NCBI GenBank assembly: GCA_964016885.1
Contig: OZ024741.1
Coordinates: 263,810,001 to 263,874,000 of the forward strand
DNA length: 64,000 nt
Source of the DNA: Eledone cirrhosa
Taxonomy: Eukaryota
Reading direction: 5' to 3'
The notes beneath the pieces were generated by a model. That model made no database searches and had not been told where the DNA came from. It saw only the letters and a program-made list of their open reading frames with translations. Below are positions 14,310 to 25,407 of this stretch, piece after piece. A program made the translations under genes and the position numbers. Position 1 is the first letter of the stretch. Every line of letters starts with the position of its first letter.

Positions 14310-14414
14310 CAAAGTTTGTTTTATAAATATTGACATATCCAGGAAGGAGATCTTAACGGTTCAAGTTTTTCCAAGTTTTTCCTGGTTATGTCAATATTTA
14401 TAAAACAAACTTTG

Positions 14415-14475
14415 TATTTTATCTGATGAGAGCATACCAAAGTTTTGGTACCCTTGAAATATATATAATAGAATA
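14415..14475 (+). ncRNA. Type-I minimal hammerhead ribozyme motif
   Basis: TATTTTAT-CTGATGA-GAGCATACCAAAGTTTTGGTACCCTT-GAAA-TATATA-TA-ATAGAATA. Stem III is palindromic (ATATATAT); predicted cut after 14467. Confidence 0.75.
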
Positions 14476-14656
14476 AATATAGTTTCCATTTATTAATGTC
14501 ATTGATATTATATTCCAGAAAACTTGTCGAGTGCTTCAAATCAGTTATAAACATATATATTTGTTGAATTACCAACCAATTAAATATCCCTTTTGCTTAT
14601 ATATATATATAGGGATATAACATCAAGTTACTGTTGGTTCACCAAAGTGAGCACTA

Positions 14657-14883
14657 CAAGGTATCAAATTTTCATTAAGTTTATTCAGGTGTGATGCATG
14701 TTTTGCATTTGATCAGCTCAAGGTTCAATCTCTGGAATCAAAAGTTCATCAGACTTCTGTTAGCTTAATGATGGAATGATCATTCCAGAGTGGGGCCCGA
14801 TCTATAGAGATCGAACTTTGAGCTGATCAATTGCAAAATGGGAGTCACACCTGAATAAACTTGATTAAAATTTGATACCTCGT
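14657..14883. repeat. Imperfect inverted repeat containing a decayed extended-stem-II hammerhead (minus, 14686-14759)
   Basis: Arms AGGTATCAAATTTTCATTAAGTTTATTCAGGTGTGA / TCACACCTGAATAAACTTGATTAAAATTTGATACCT. Minus-strand CTGATGA is present but GAAA has mutated to AAAA. Confidence 0.6.
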
Positions 14884-14903
14884 CCATACTTATTATTAAT
14901 TAT

Positions 14904-15088
14904 GTGGATTGGCAGTATTGGTAGAGGGTCGGACGCCATGCTTTGAGGCATAGAGTTACGGCCCTTGCCATTCTGAGTTCATATCCTGCCGAGGTTAACT
15001 TTGCCTTTCATCCTTGCGGGGTCGATAAAATAAAGTACCAGTAATACACTGAGTAATTGCTGGCCTTGTGCCTAACGTAGAAACAATT
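14904..15088 (+). mobile_element. tRNA-derived SINE, family A (full copy)
   Basis: A box TGGCAGTATTGG, B box GAGTTCATATCC, conserved body GCCGAGGTTAACTTTGCCTTTCATCCTT.CGGGGTCGATAAAATAAAGTACCAG, tail GTGCCTAA.GTAGAAACAATT. More than 10 copies in the window. Confidence 0.85.
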
Positions 15089-15603
15089 ATTAATTATATA
15101 TATATATATAATTATTGAGTAAACTAACAGGAGGCTGGACTGGTGAAATTCCTTAAAGATTTATTACAAACACTATATATATATATATATATATAGTAAT
15201 AATAAATGTGAAGATTAAAATCCGAAGAGGACTCAATAAGGTTTATATATATATATATAAAACTGTAGAGCAAATAATTATTATAAGAACAGATTAAAGT
15301 TTAAGCAAGGAATCATTGCATGCACACACTCATCATCTACCATCTGCTCTTCCATGTTCTTGATAGGTGAGGGTCTACTTCTCACTTACATTTTAGTTTT
15401 GGCATAGTTTCTGCAGCTGGATGCTCTTCTATTTTACAGAGTATACTGGGTGCTCTCCTAACACCAACCACTTTATTGTCGATGATGATTGTGTGTGTCA
15501 CTTTTTTTCATGTTTGCTTGTCTGTGTAGCAATATCTGTAGATGTGAAAGGGAAAAAAGAAATCAGTATTCAACAGGGAAGAGAGCAAAAATATATTATT
15601 ATT

Positions 15604-15634
<31 letters not shown>

Positions 15635-15673
15635 AATACAAGGATGATTTGTTATGCCTTCATTACGTTTATT

Positions 15674-15764
15674 GAGTGGTGACATGCGTTTCACTATTGA
15701 TCAGCTCAAGGTTCGATCTGTATCAATGTAGCCTGACTCTGGAATCAAAAGCTCGTCGGACCTC
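15674..15764 (-). ncRNA. Hammerhead motif with extended stem II, inside inverted repeat 15640-15819
   Basis: Minus: GAGGT-CCGACGA-GCTTTTGAT...ATCAATAGT-GAAA-CGCATG-TC-ACC. The core has a U-to-C change. Confidence 0.55.
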
Positions 15765-16025
15765 TGCTGTCGTAATGACATCACTCAATAAATGTAATGA
15801 AGACATAACAATTGTCCTTTTATTAGGGATGAAACATCAAGTTACTGTTTAACTCTACACCTCATTACAGACGTGAATCTACGCATCGAGTGCTCACCCG
15901 GTTAAACCTACTGCATATATACATATATATATATATATATATATTTTACACAAACAAGCCTTATATTTAAAGCCATGTCAGTAGAATGAACTCTTCATTC
16001 TTGCTCTTGTGTTGGCATGTAAACA

Positions 16026-16075
16026 GAACTGCTGACACTAATGTTTCTGGGTATCACCCTTCATCAGTACAGCTC
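16026..16075 (-). ncRNA. Type-I hammerhead (same family as 27019)
   Basis: Minus: GAGCTGTA-CTGATGA-AGGGTGATACCCA-GAAA-CATTAGTG-TC-AGCAGTTC. Confidence 0.75.
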
Positions 16076-16559
16076 ACTGTTCACCTGCCAACTGTCAGAG
16101 CTAGTGAAAATATATGCTATTTTCTAAAATATACACTGACTGATCAGCCTGATTTGCATATTAGCAGACTGGCTGATCAGCCAGATTTGCATATCAGCAG
16201 ACTGGCCAGTCAGTTTCTTGTATACGAGTGATTAATAGCCGGCTTTGCCACATTCAAATAATAATTTAAAATATGTTCTCTCTACATGGCTGAATACAAT
16301 AAATCTAATCTGAGTTTTTCGAATATTAATAATATCATTCGATTCGTTTGCAATTATGCAAACAAGACTCATTTTTAAAGCCATGTCAGTAGAATGAACA
16401 TTTAGATATATATATCTGCATTGCTTGGGTCCAGAAGTGTTTTTCCTTTCAGATTTTGGTGGATTTCCTGATTATTGTATATTTGCATCCCTAAAGTGGG
16501 TTATCTTGGGGATGGGACCCAAGTCTATCCATTTCCTACCACAATATGTACATCTAACA

Positions 16560-16746
16560 GACACCATGCTTTATATCATAGAGTTATGGCCCTTTACGTT
16601 CTGAGTGCAAATCAGGCCGAAGTTAGCTTTGCCTTTCATCCTTATGGGGTCGATAAATAAAACACCAGTAATACACTGGGGTCTATTTAATCGACTTTCC
16701 CCCTCCCCTAATATTGCTGGCCTTGTGCCTAAAGTAGAAACAATTA
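16560..16746 (+). mobile_element. SINE family A, 5'-truncated
   Basis: Same body and tail as the 14904 copy. Confidence 0.8.
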
Positions 16747-16982
16747 ATAACTGCATTGCTTCTTTCCAGGGACTAATGTTGAAAAATAAACCTTATTTGG
16801 TTTATTCCATGAGATTATCTTGGTCAGCCTATGAACTTTTCAGCCGACCTTCGTACACCCCCCCCCCCACACACACACTATATATATATATGTAGTGGCT
16901 GACAGTAACAACACTAATCAACCAATTTTATAATTTTATACTGTATAAATTAAAACCCACCAAATCCCCTTAAATCAACTCT

Positions 16983-17103
16983 TGGCAGTATCGGCAGAGT
17001 GTCGGACGCCATGCTTTCCAACGTAGTTACGTCCCTTTACAGTCTGAGTTCAAATCCCGCCAAGGTTAACTTTGCCTTTCATCCTTACGGGGTCGATAAA
17101 ATG
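16983..17103 (+). mobile_element. SINE family A, 3'-truncated
   Basis: A box TGGCAGTATCGG, B box GAGTTCAAATCCC and the conserved body. Confidence 0.8.
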
Positions 17104-17117
17104 AAGCCCCATATATA

Positions 17118-17165
<48 letters not shown>

Positions 17166-17546
17166 CATGTGTGTGTATATGTATATATGGATGTCTGATC
17201 TATATACACTGGTCACACGCACGCGCACACGCACGCACACACACACATATATACACAACAACACCCAGCTCTCTCGCTTCCATTCTCCTTTGTCTCCTCT
17301 CTATGTCTATCTTTCAGTCTGCTCTCTCACAACCACTATCCCTCTCGTTATCCTTCTCTCTCTATTTATGAAGGTACCCAGAAAACCACATATCTCGGGA
17401 ACCCGTGGTCCTATTTACGCGAAACGTGTTTTAATCCATTTGTACTCCCATTTCAGGGCCAACTTCTTTTCAAAGTATTTTCCCATTATGCGCCCTTTTG
17501 GCTGTATTACATTACAGACAAGCAAGCAAACAATCACAGACTTCAG

Positions 17547-17855
17547 AGTCGTCAGAACGTCGGATAGAGTGCTTTATGGTATTCGTCCGGTTCTCTGCTC
17601 TCTGAGTTCAAATCCCGCCGAGGACAACTTTGTCTTTCATCCTTTCGAGGTCGATAAAAAAAGTACCAGTATAGTACTGGGTCGATTCTTTCTCTATATA
17701 TCTTTCTCTATATCTCTTTCTCACTTCCTTTCTCTCACTCTTTCTATCCTTCTCTGGAAGAAATCTGTTGTATTCAGACCTGGAGAGGAGATAGGATCCG
17801 CCAGGTTAAAAAAAAACCTAGAATCATTATGTCAATATGGCGTCCCTACGACTCC
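17547..17855 (+). mobile_element. SINE subfamily B (same central domain, longer TC-rich tail ending TTCAGACCTGGAGAG...CGCCAGGTTAAAA)
   Basis: Related minus-strand copies at about 23400-23680, 24230-24535 and 28190-28500. Confidence 0.75.
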
Positions 17856-18039
17856 CTCAGGAGTTATGGGTCCATACGATACCATATAATTATTAGGTGA
17901 ACATTCCGTTTACAGATGGGATTGGTTTGGTGGCTAATTATAAGGTCACTCACGCCATGCTACTCTTTAATGCGTACGTGAGCCATCACATCACCCACGC
18001 CATAGCGTAGAAAGGCTCTTAAGTTGAGTAAATAACCCA

Positions 18040-18510
18040 CAACCTTCCCACTGCTGGTGCCACGATAAAAATCACCCGATACACTCTGTAAAGTGGTTGG
18101 TGTTACGAAGGGCATCCAACTGTAGAAAACTTGCGAAGCAAAGAGTTGAGAGGGCTCTTTCGTAGCGTCATGAGCACAATAACCTCTCGTTTGTGACACG
18201 ATAAAACACCTAGTACGCTCTGTAAAATGATTGGTGATAGGAAAAACATCTAACTGTAGAGAACCTGCCAAGGAAAGAACAGAGAAGCCTCTTGAGTTGT
18301 ATCAAAGGCATAACCCCTTCACCCTCATTCTAGTGCTGGTATCATGATAAAACAGCGTACACACTAGCGTGAGGTAGCATATGTAAGCGATATATGTCCC
18401 CCCCCCCCGGCGGTTTGGGAAGTCAGTGGTTCTGATTAAGTGATGGCTTGGTCTGTGATGACCTGTCCAACCCTTGTTAGCAGGAGAAATGGATGTGAAA
18501 TGATGATGAG
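18040..18510 (+). mobile_element. SINE family C fragments (CACTCTGTAAAGTGGTTGG..GAAGGGCATCCA.CTGTAGAAA; (TGA)n tail)
   Basis: The same motif recurs at 38715-39050 (+) and about 15390-15480 and 9700-9870 (-). Confidence 0.6.
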
Positions 18511-18604
18511 GTGAGAGAAATATCGGAGACGGATCTAATTTTTAGACAACAGCTCCAACTTGGAATCAAGGAAAAACTTGAATGAAAAAACAGTTTATTC
18601 TACA

Positions 18605-19080
18605 CCAGTCGTTGGGGTGTCATTCTAGATGTTTAACTGTGCTACCCCACAACTGGTGCCGCCAGACGTTGGGGTGCTATTCTAGATGTTTTACTGTGCC
18701 GCCAAACGTTCGGGTGTCATTCTAGATATTTTACTGTGCCACCCACAACTACTGCCGCCAGATGTCGGGGTGTTATTCTAGATATTTTACTGTGCTGCCA
18801 GACGTTGGGATGTCATTCTAGATGTTTTACTGTGCCACCCATAACTGGTGCCGCCAGACGTTGGGATCTAATTCTAGATATGTTACTGCGTCACCCACAA
18901 CTGGTGCCGCCAGACGTTGGGGTGTCATTTTAGATGTTTTAATGTGCCACCCACAACTGGTGCCATTCTAGATGTTTTATTGTTCCACCAGACGTTGGGT
19001 CGCTATTAAAATATGTTTTACTGTGTCACCCACAACTGGTGCCGCCAGACGTCGGGGTGCCATTCCAGATGTTTTACTGT
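18605..19080 (+). repeat. ~35-56-bp minisatellite (CTAGATGTTTTACTGTGCCACCCACAACTGGTGCCGCCAGACGTTGGGGTGTCATT)
   Basis: About ten diverged tandem units visible. Confidence 0.9.
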
Positions 19081-20016
19081 CTCAGTGGTCGCCCCCAATT
19101 TATGCCCTTCTTCCACATCAATCCTATCAAAAAACATAATTATTATATAACCATCATACAGTCTCCTTCAACTGCATTATAAAGCACCCGCCCCTCTTGA
19201 TGTGACATATGGCGTGCAGTGCACATGTAAAGCTGACGGAAACCCATCCCATCCCGAGGTTTGAAAGAAGCTGGTTTCTTTTTGTTGTTGTTCTTCTCGT
19301 TCTTGTTCTTCTTGTTCTTCTTGAGAGAGAGTGATGGAGGTCGGCATCAGCACTTTACTGTCATTTTATTTTTAACGTTCCAAGAAAGATGAAAGACAAA
19401 GTTAACCTCGGTGGGATTTAAGCTCAGAGATCAGAGAACCGGAACTAACACCGCAAGATATTCTATCCGACTGTCACTTTTAATCAAGTGTGTTTGATAA
19501 GGTCTAAATTTGATGGCGAATCTGGCTGAGATGTTAATGAAGTTTCGTTTCAACAAGTTCGCTATTTTAACAGATCTTGAGAAAACTGTTCTTTAAATCC
19601 TCCTTAAAAAGGAAGAGGAAGGAAATATGTTTTTTTTTTCCCCTTGACATTTCTGAAACAGCAACACCTTTTTTCACCTCCCACCTCCTACCTATCAAAT
19701 AACAACTTTATAACAAGAAGTTCAGCTAAAAAAACTGTGTTCAGAAGATTTTAAAGTCTTTTTCAAAATTCATCTTCAAATTTATTAAACCGTTTTTTCG
19801 TAAATTCAAATCTTCAAAATAATATTTTTTTCTTTTCGAAATTTGCTAATTATAGTTCTGACACAAATTCTTTGTGAAACGTTGCGTTCACAGAGCAAAC
19901 TGACACGATATCCACAGTTTTCTGATTAGTAATATAGTCAAATAGTTATTTTGTAGTGAGTTTGAGGTTTTACATTAGCCCAGTATAATATATGATATTT
20001 GAACAGTATATATATA

Positions 20017-20175
20017 CATGGACACACTAGAAGAGGAAGACCAAGGTTAACGTATGTTGATGCCCTAAGGACAGACACTGGTCTGTTGGAGATGCAGGAC
20101 ATGGCAGTGATAATGAGGGACAGAGACCGCTGGAGAGAACTCGTCCATGGATCTCGGGAATTTTACCCGCCTTAG
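20017..20175 (+). mobile_element. RTE LINE 3' end fragment (…GRPRLTYVDAL…REFYPP*)
   Basis: Near-identical to 26787-26945; flanked by (TA)n. Confidence 0.85.
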
Positions 20176-20199
20176 ATATATATATATATAAAATCACTT

Positions 20200-20445
20200 C
20201 TTGCTTGGACTTTGGAGTAATATTACTCGATAGAGTGCGTAGCTCAGAGATCAGAGAGTCACTCCAGGTAGAGCCGCTGTTTTTTCGAATTGAGAGGTCA
20301 CAGCTCCGATATATGGGCATGTGTTTAGAATGTTTAAAGAAAGAATAACTGGACAGATTTTACGGGGAAAACCAAGCGACAGGATACCCATGGATAACCA
20401 GCTGGAGACGGTTGCTTCTGACAGGACCCTCTCAGGAATAAGTGG
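20200..20445 (+). mobile_element. Decayed fragment of a second RTE-clade LINE
   Basis: Translates (with a frameshift) to GVILLDRVRSSEIRESLQVEPLFFRIERSQLRY-GHVFRM, the typical RTE C-terminal region. Confidence 0.7.
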
Positions 20446-20779
20446 GCGAAGAAGACTTTTTGCTTACAATTATTTATCTAGCTTGAAATATTATTAACTG
20501 TATGTAAGTAGGGAGTAACGGCTGTTGTCATAACGAGATTGTCTAGTCCCAAAAGTGTACTTCACTACTCCAATGAGACGGGCCTGGACTGTGTAGGAGC
20601 ACAGGTGCAGGCCCGCTTATGATTCTAGCAGACAAGACGGAAAAAAGGTTACCTCGGAGGATGGCAAGGGAGACGCGTTGAACAGCCATTAAATTAATTT
20701 TGAAGTGAAAAGAACGCTACGTGCTTAAGAAGAACGCTGTTGACAACGGCATGACTAGCTTGAAGAATCATTATTTCAA

Positions 20780-21085
20780 AACCGAGGTTAACTTTTCCTT
20801 TCATCCTTACGGGGTCGATAAAATAAAGTACCAGTAATGTACTGGGTAATTGCTGGCCTTGTGCCTAAAGTAGAAACAATTATTTCAAAACCGGGGTGGA
20901 TTGGCAGTATCGGTGGAGGGTCGGACGCCATGCTTTCCAGCATAGTTACGTCCCTTTACGATCTGAGTTCAAATCCCGCCGAGGTTGACTTTGCCTTTCA
21001 TCCTTACGGGGTCGATAAAATAAAGTACCAGTAATGCACTGAGTAATTGCTGGCCTTGTGCCTAAAGTAGAAACAATTATTTCAA
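20780..21085 (+). mobile_element. Tandem SINE family A copies (partial plus full)
   Basis: Body and tail occur twice in succession; A and B boxes at about 20900-20975. Confidence 0.85.
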
Positions 21086-22556
21086 AATCGGGGTATTCAG
21101 GTAGAGACAATACCTTGATGTCTGGCAGTGGTATCATTAGGGGTGGACAGGTACACTGGTTCTCGCGTGACTCGTACAAGTACACTGTGTATCACGTGAC
21201 TTTCACAGGTACAGGTACACTGGGTCTCACGTGACTCTCATAGGACAAAGGTACACTGGGTCTCACGTGACTCACTTCTGGCTCTAGGACATTTTTTTAT
21301 CCATAGCCCCCAAAAATTGCTTCTGTAGGTATGCTAAACTTATTGAGGGACTGGACGCCTAAAGAAGAGATGGGCAGCGCTAAGCACTTGTAAGAGTCAT
21401 TGAAATGCCACGATACACACACACACACAGTGAAATGTCTAGTGTGGCACCACCCTGGACTGGCTGCACCAATTACGGTACTACATTGATTAATATTAAG
21501 AGTACAATTATCAACAAGAAAGAGAAGAATAAATAAATAAGGGGCTCATGGAGGCAGGACAAACTATAGACCCTTGGATAGTATATCTCAGCTGCTGCCC
21601 TCTACAGACAAAATGGTGACAGTATTGTCGTGGAGAACAGCCAGCGATACCGTTACCTCAGCCATTCCATCTCACGATGTTCCTTCTTCTGGTGTGGTGA
21701 CCTCCCCTTGATCGGGTGGAGAAAAACAGCAACCAGGGACCAAGGACGCTGGATGTCTCGATGGTGACCAACACAAACAGGAAATGATTAGTCAATGCCT
21801 GGTATTTAGTTATCTTCCACTTGGCATCAAGCTTTGGAGCCGAAACGAAGGGGTTTAACATCAGAAGTATCACAACTTATGGTGTTCTAGATGAGTGATT
21901 TGCTCCTACTCAGAAGGAAAAAAAGATTATTTCACCAAGGTTCCTACCCTCACCAAAGTCGAGGCTGTTAGGTTCCATTTGGGATGCAATTCCCATTTTG
22001 CGCGCGCGCGTGTGTGTGTGTGTGCGTGTGTTTGTATATGTGTGTGTTCTCCTTTTCGGGTAGTGTTTTCGATGCTTAGGGAGTGGGATTGGTTGTGCAA
22101 GGCCTTTCCCCACTTTAAAAAACCTTGAAAGCACAGGAATTGCTTGTTCAGGTTATGTTACAGGTTCATGTGGCTGGCCGTAACCTAAAAGTGCACCAGT
22201 TTCTGCAATCTGACAAGCGATTGCAATACTCTTAGCAGAGTTTGCAGCCAGCATGCATGTGTGTGTGTTTCTCTCTCTCTCTCTATGTGCGAGGAAGAGA
22301 GAGAGGTGTGGATGTATTTTACCGTTAGGCATCACGGTGCGGAGTTAGGCAGTACTGTTAAATACACAGTTTTTTTTTTAGGGTAAAAGAAATGTTGGCC
22401 CAAACGACACAGTGTTTGGAAGATATTGTCAATAAATTCATACATAACTCAGGTTTATGGAAGAAATATGTAATATTCGGTTTCTTTACCAAACTTTAAA
22501 AAAGATTTATTTAAGGATTACACGCACATCGTAAAATGGAGAGTTTGATCCCTGTA

Positions 22557-22893
22557 TTGTGTCCTTGCACAAGACACTTTATTTCACGTTGATTCAACCC
22601 ACAGAACTGTGTTCTTAAACAAGACACTTTATTTCACGTTGATCTAACCCACGTAGCTATCTCCTTAAACAATACACTTTATTTCACGTGGCTCCAGTTC
22701 AATCAACTGTGTCCTTAAACAGGACACTTTATTTCACGTGACTCCAATCCACGCAGCTATTACCTTAAACAAGATACTATATTTCACGTTGCTTCAGTCT
22801 ACAGAGCTATCTCCTTAAACAAAACACTGTATTTCACGTTGATTCAATCCAGGTAACTATGTCCGTAAAGAAGACATTTTATTTCACGTAGCT
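22557..22893 (+). repeat. Tandem array of ~50-bp CORE-SINE-derived units
   Basis: Seven units of GTGTCCTTAAACAAGACACTTTATTTCACGTTG.TTCAATCCAC, preceded by the B-box-like GAGTTTGATCCC. Confidence 0.8.
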
Positions 22894-23731
22894 GGACAAA
22901 TGAATTCTACCTGTGATTTAAAGGGCCAAACTTGTCACAGGTGTGTACAAAATTGTCTCATAGTAAATCTAACGACTGTTACCAAGGCAACTGATGTGGA
23001 GAAGTTACTCGACAACGTGGTAACTGTCTTCTAGTATGAGAGGCCTGAACCAGGAAAGTATTACACCCCATACCTGTATAGACCAACACCTCCCTCAACC
23101 AACATCTTCCCCCCCTACCCCCCCCCCAACCCTATACCTATATAGACCCCCCCCCACCCAACCAACACACCTCACATCTCGCCTGTGTAATCCAACATCT
23201 CTACTATCAGCATAGTCCAAGGAAGGGAGGAAGGTAGCTTGGTGTCATTCACTCAAGATAATTTAAAACGGGAAGGAAAGCAAAGCCAAGGGACTTAATT
23301 CAGTATATCTTAATATCTAGTGCCAGGGGAGATAACACCATCTTCCCTCGAATTGTCATTCAAAACACAAAACATTGATTAAAAAGTAGGAACGCCATCC
23401 TAACTCATGTGGCGTTTCTAGGGTATTTTAAGCCTGGCGGAGCCAATCTCTCTCCAGGTCTGAACACTGCTTATTTCTTCCCGAGAGAAAGTGAGGATGA
23501 GATACGGAGAAAAAAAATCGACACCAGTACTTGACTGGTATTTTTTTTTTTTATCGATATCGAACGGATGAAAGGCAAAGTTGACGTCAGCGGTATTTTG
23601 AACTCAGAGAACAGTGAGCCGGAACAAATATAGGATAGCATTTTATCTAACATTCTAACGACTCTGCCAATTCATCACCTATACATCTTTTTCTATCTCA
23701 TTCTTCACCTACCTACCTACCTTTCCACCCA

Positions 23732-23766
<35 letters not shown>

Positions 23767-24650
23767 CTATGGGGATTTGTGGCTTGTATTTTTTTTTATT
23801 GTTGCCCTTGTCCAAAGATATACACATTGGTAAATATACATAATTAGATAACTATAGATGGACAGTCAGGCAGGACAGTCAGACAGATAGATAAAGAGAA
23901 AGAAAGGGAAAGAGAGATAGATATCTTTCTTTAGTGAGGTAAATGGATGTGTGTTTGTGTGTATTTATATGTATGTGTTTGTGTATGTATGTATGTAATA
24001 CAAACAAATTAATTCTTTTCATACAGCTTCAAAATTGGAATTTAAGGAAGGGAATATATTTTCGATGCATTTTTGCGAGTTACCCCCCTTGAATTACCAT
24101 TATATAAAAAGAAAATTACATTTAGCTTACTATGTTCAGTTATATATATTCGGGTCTCAAATAATTGCCCCCTTTCCCCCTTATCCCAGCCCCTATTATT
24201 TGTGTCCTGAGAGTGTGTAACTTCCGTGGGTGTCGAAAGGCCACCCCATCGACATACGGCATTTCTAGGGTATTTTTTAAAACCTGGTGGAGCCCATCTC
24301 CACTCCAGGTCTGAATACAGCAGATTTCTTCCAGAGAAAGATAGAGAAAGAGAGAGACCAGAAGTAAGAAAGAGATATAGAGGGAGAATGAACCCCAGTA
24401 CTAGACGGGTACTTTTTATCAGCCTCGAAAGGATGTAAGGCAAAATTGACTTCAGCGGGATTTTAACTCAAGAACAAAGAGCTGAAACGAATACCACAAG
24501 CATTCTACCCGACATTCTAATGACTCGTCGCCTTATAGCCAATCACCAGTCTAATCCTCCATGCTTTTACCAGCAGTCGCCATGAGTTACCTCCCTTGTA
24601 GGATAAGTTTATTGCACGGTTTAGGGTTGGGGTTTAAGTTTGATGTTCGG

Positions 24651-24673
24651 TTAGGGTTAGGGTTAGGGTTAGG
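24651..24673 (+). repeat. Short interstitial telomeric repeat (TTAGGG)3-4
   Basis: TTAGGGTTAGGGTTAGGGTTAGG, with a degenerate unit at 24621. Confidence 0.7.
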
Positions 24674-24739
24674 CTTTATTTCTCTGATGTGGAAATTTGT
24701 TTCCTATGAACTCTTTTTGTACTTTATATATATATACAC

Positions 24740-24956
24740 TCTGGCCCGTCCGGCTGGCGCTCGGTTAGGTATACCTGCCCCCACCACTCCACTGCAAAGA
24801 TACCACACACCCTCCCGTGTCACATTGTCCTTCCGACTCTTTCTCTGAATAACTAAAACTTTAATTGTATCTCTCTCGGTCTAACGGCCTATCTCTCTCT
24901 TCTCCCCTCCCTCTGTTTTTCTGTCTCTCTCTGTAGATGTGTGTGTGTAGTTTTCC

Positions 24957-25002
<46 letters not shown>

Positions 25003-25222
25003 ATATTGAATGGAGATACGGAAACTAAAACAGTGTTGTCATATAGAGAGTGAAGAGCGACAGAGAGAGTAACGCAGTTAAATTATAGAGAGGGGGAATG
25101 ATCTATTATAGAGAGAGAGGAAAGAGCGACGGAGAGAGTAAAGCTAAGAAACTATAGGGAGATGTGTAGGATACATACATGCATAATACATACACACGAC
25201 GCTCAGCTTTATAATATTATAG
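24740..25222 (-). mobile_element. Possible decayed non-autonomous Helitron
   Basis: Minus-strand start TCTATAATATTATAAAGCTGAGCGTCGTGTGTATGTA; GC hairpin remnant at the other end; no clean CTAG. Confidence 0.35.
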
Positions 25223-25359
25223 ATATATAAACAAACATGCCAGCACAAGAGCAAGAATGACGGGGGGTCATTCTACTGACATGGTTTTAAAGAGGCGGTT
25301 TGCATGATTGCAAACGAATCGAATGTTATTATCAATATTCGAAAAACTCAGATTACATT

Positions 25360-25403
<44 letters not shown>

Positions 25404-25407
<4 letters not shown>

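Larger units (their letters stand above)
14202..14508. repeat. Foldback (inverted repeat) carrying a hammerhead motif on each strand
   Basis: Arms of about 130-145 bp are near-perfect reverse complements around a ~33-nt spacer; flanked on the left by (TA)n. Confidence 0.9.

Noticed and set aside
14904-15000. tRNA genes at A/B-box motifs
   Set aside because: They are SINE heads; there is no cloverleaf and all continue into the same SINE body.
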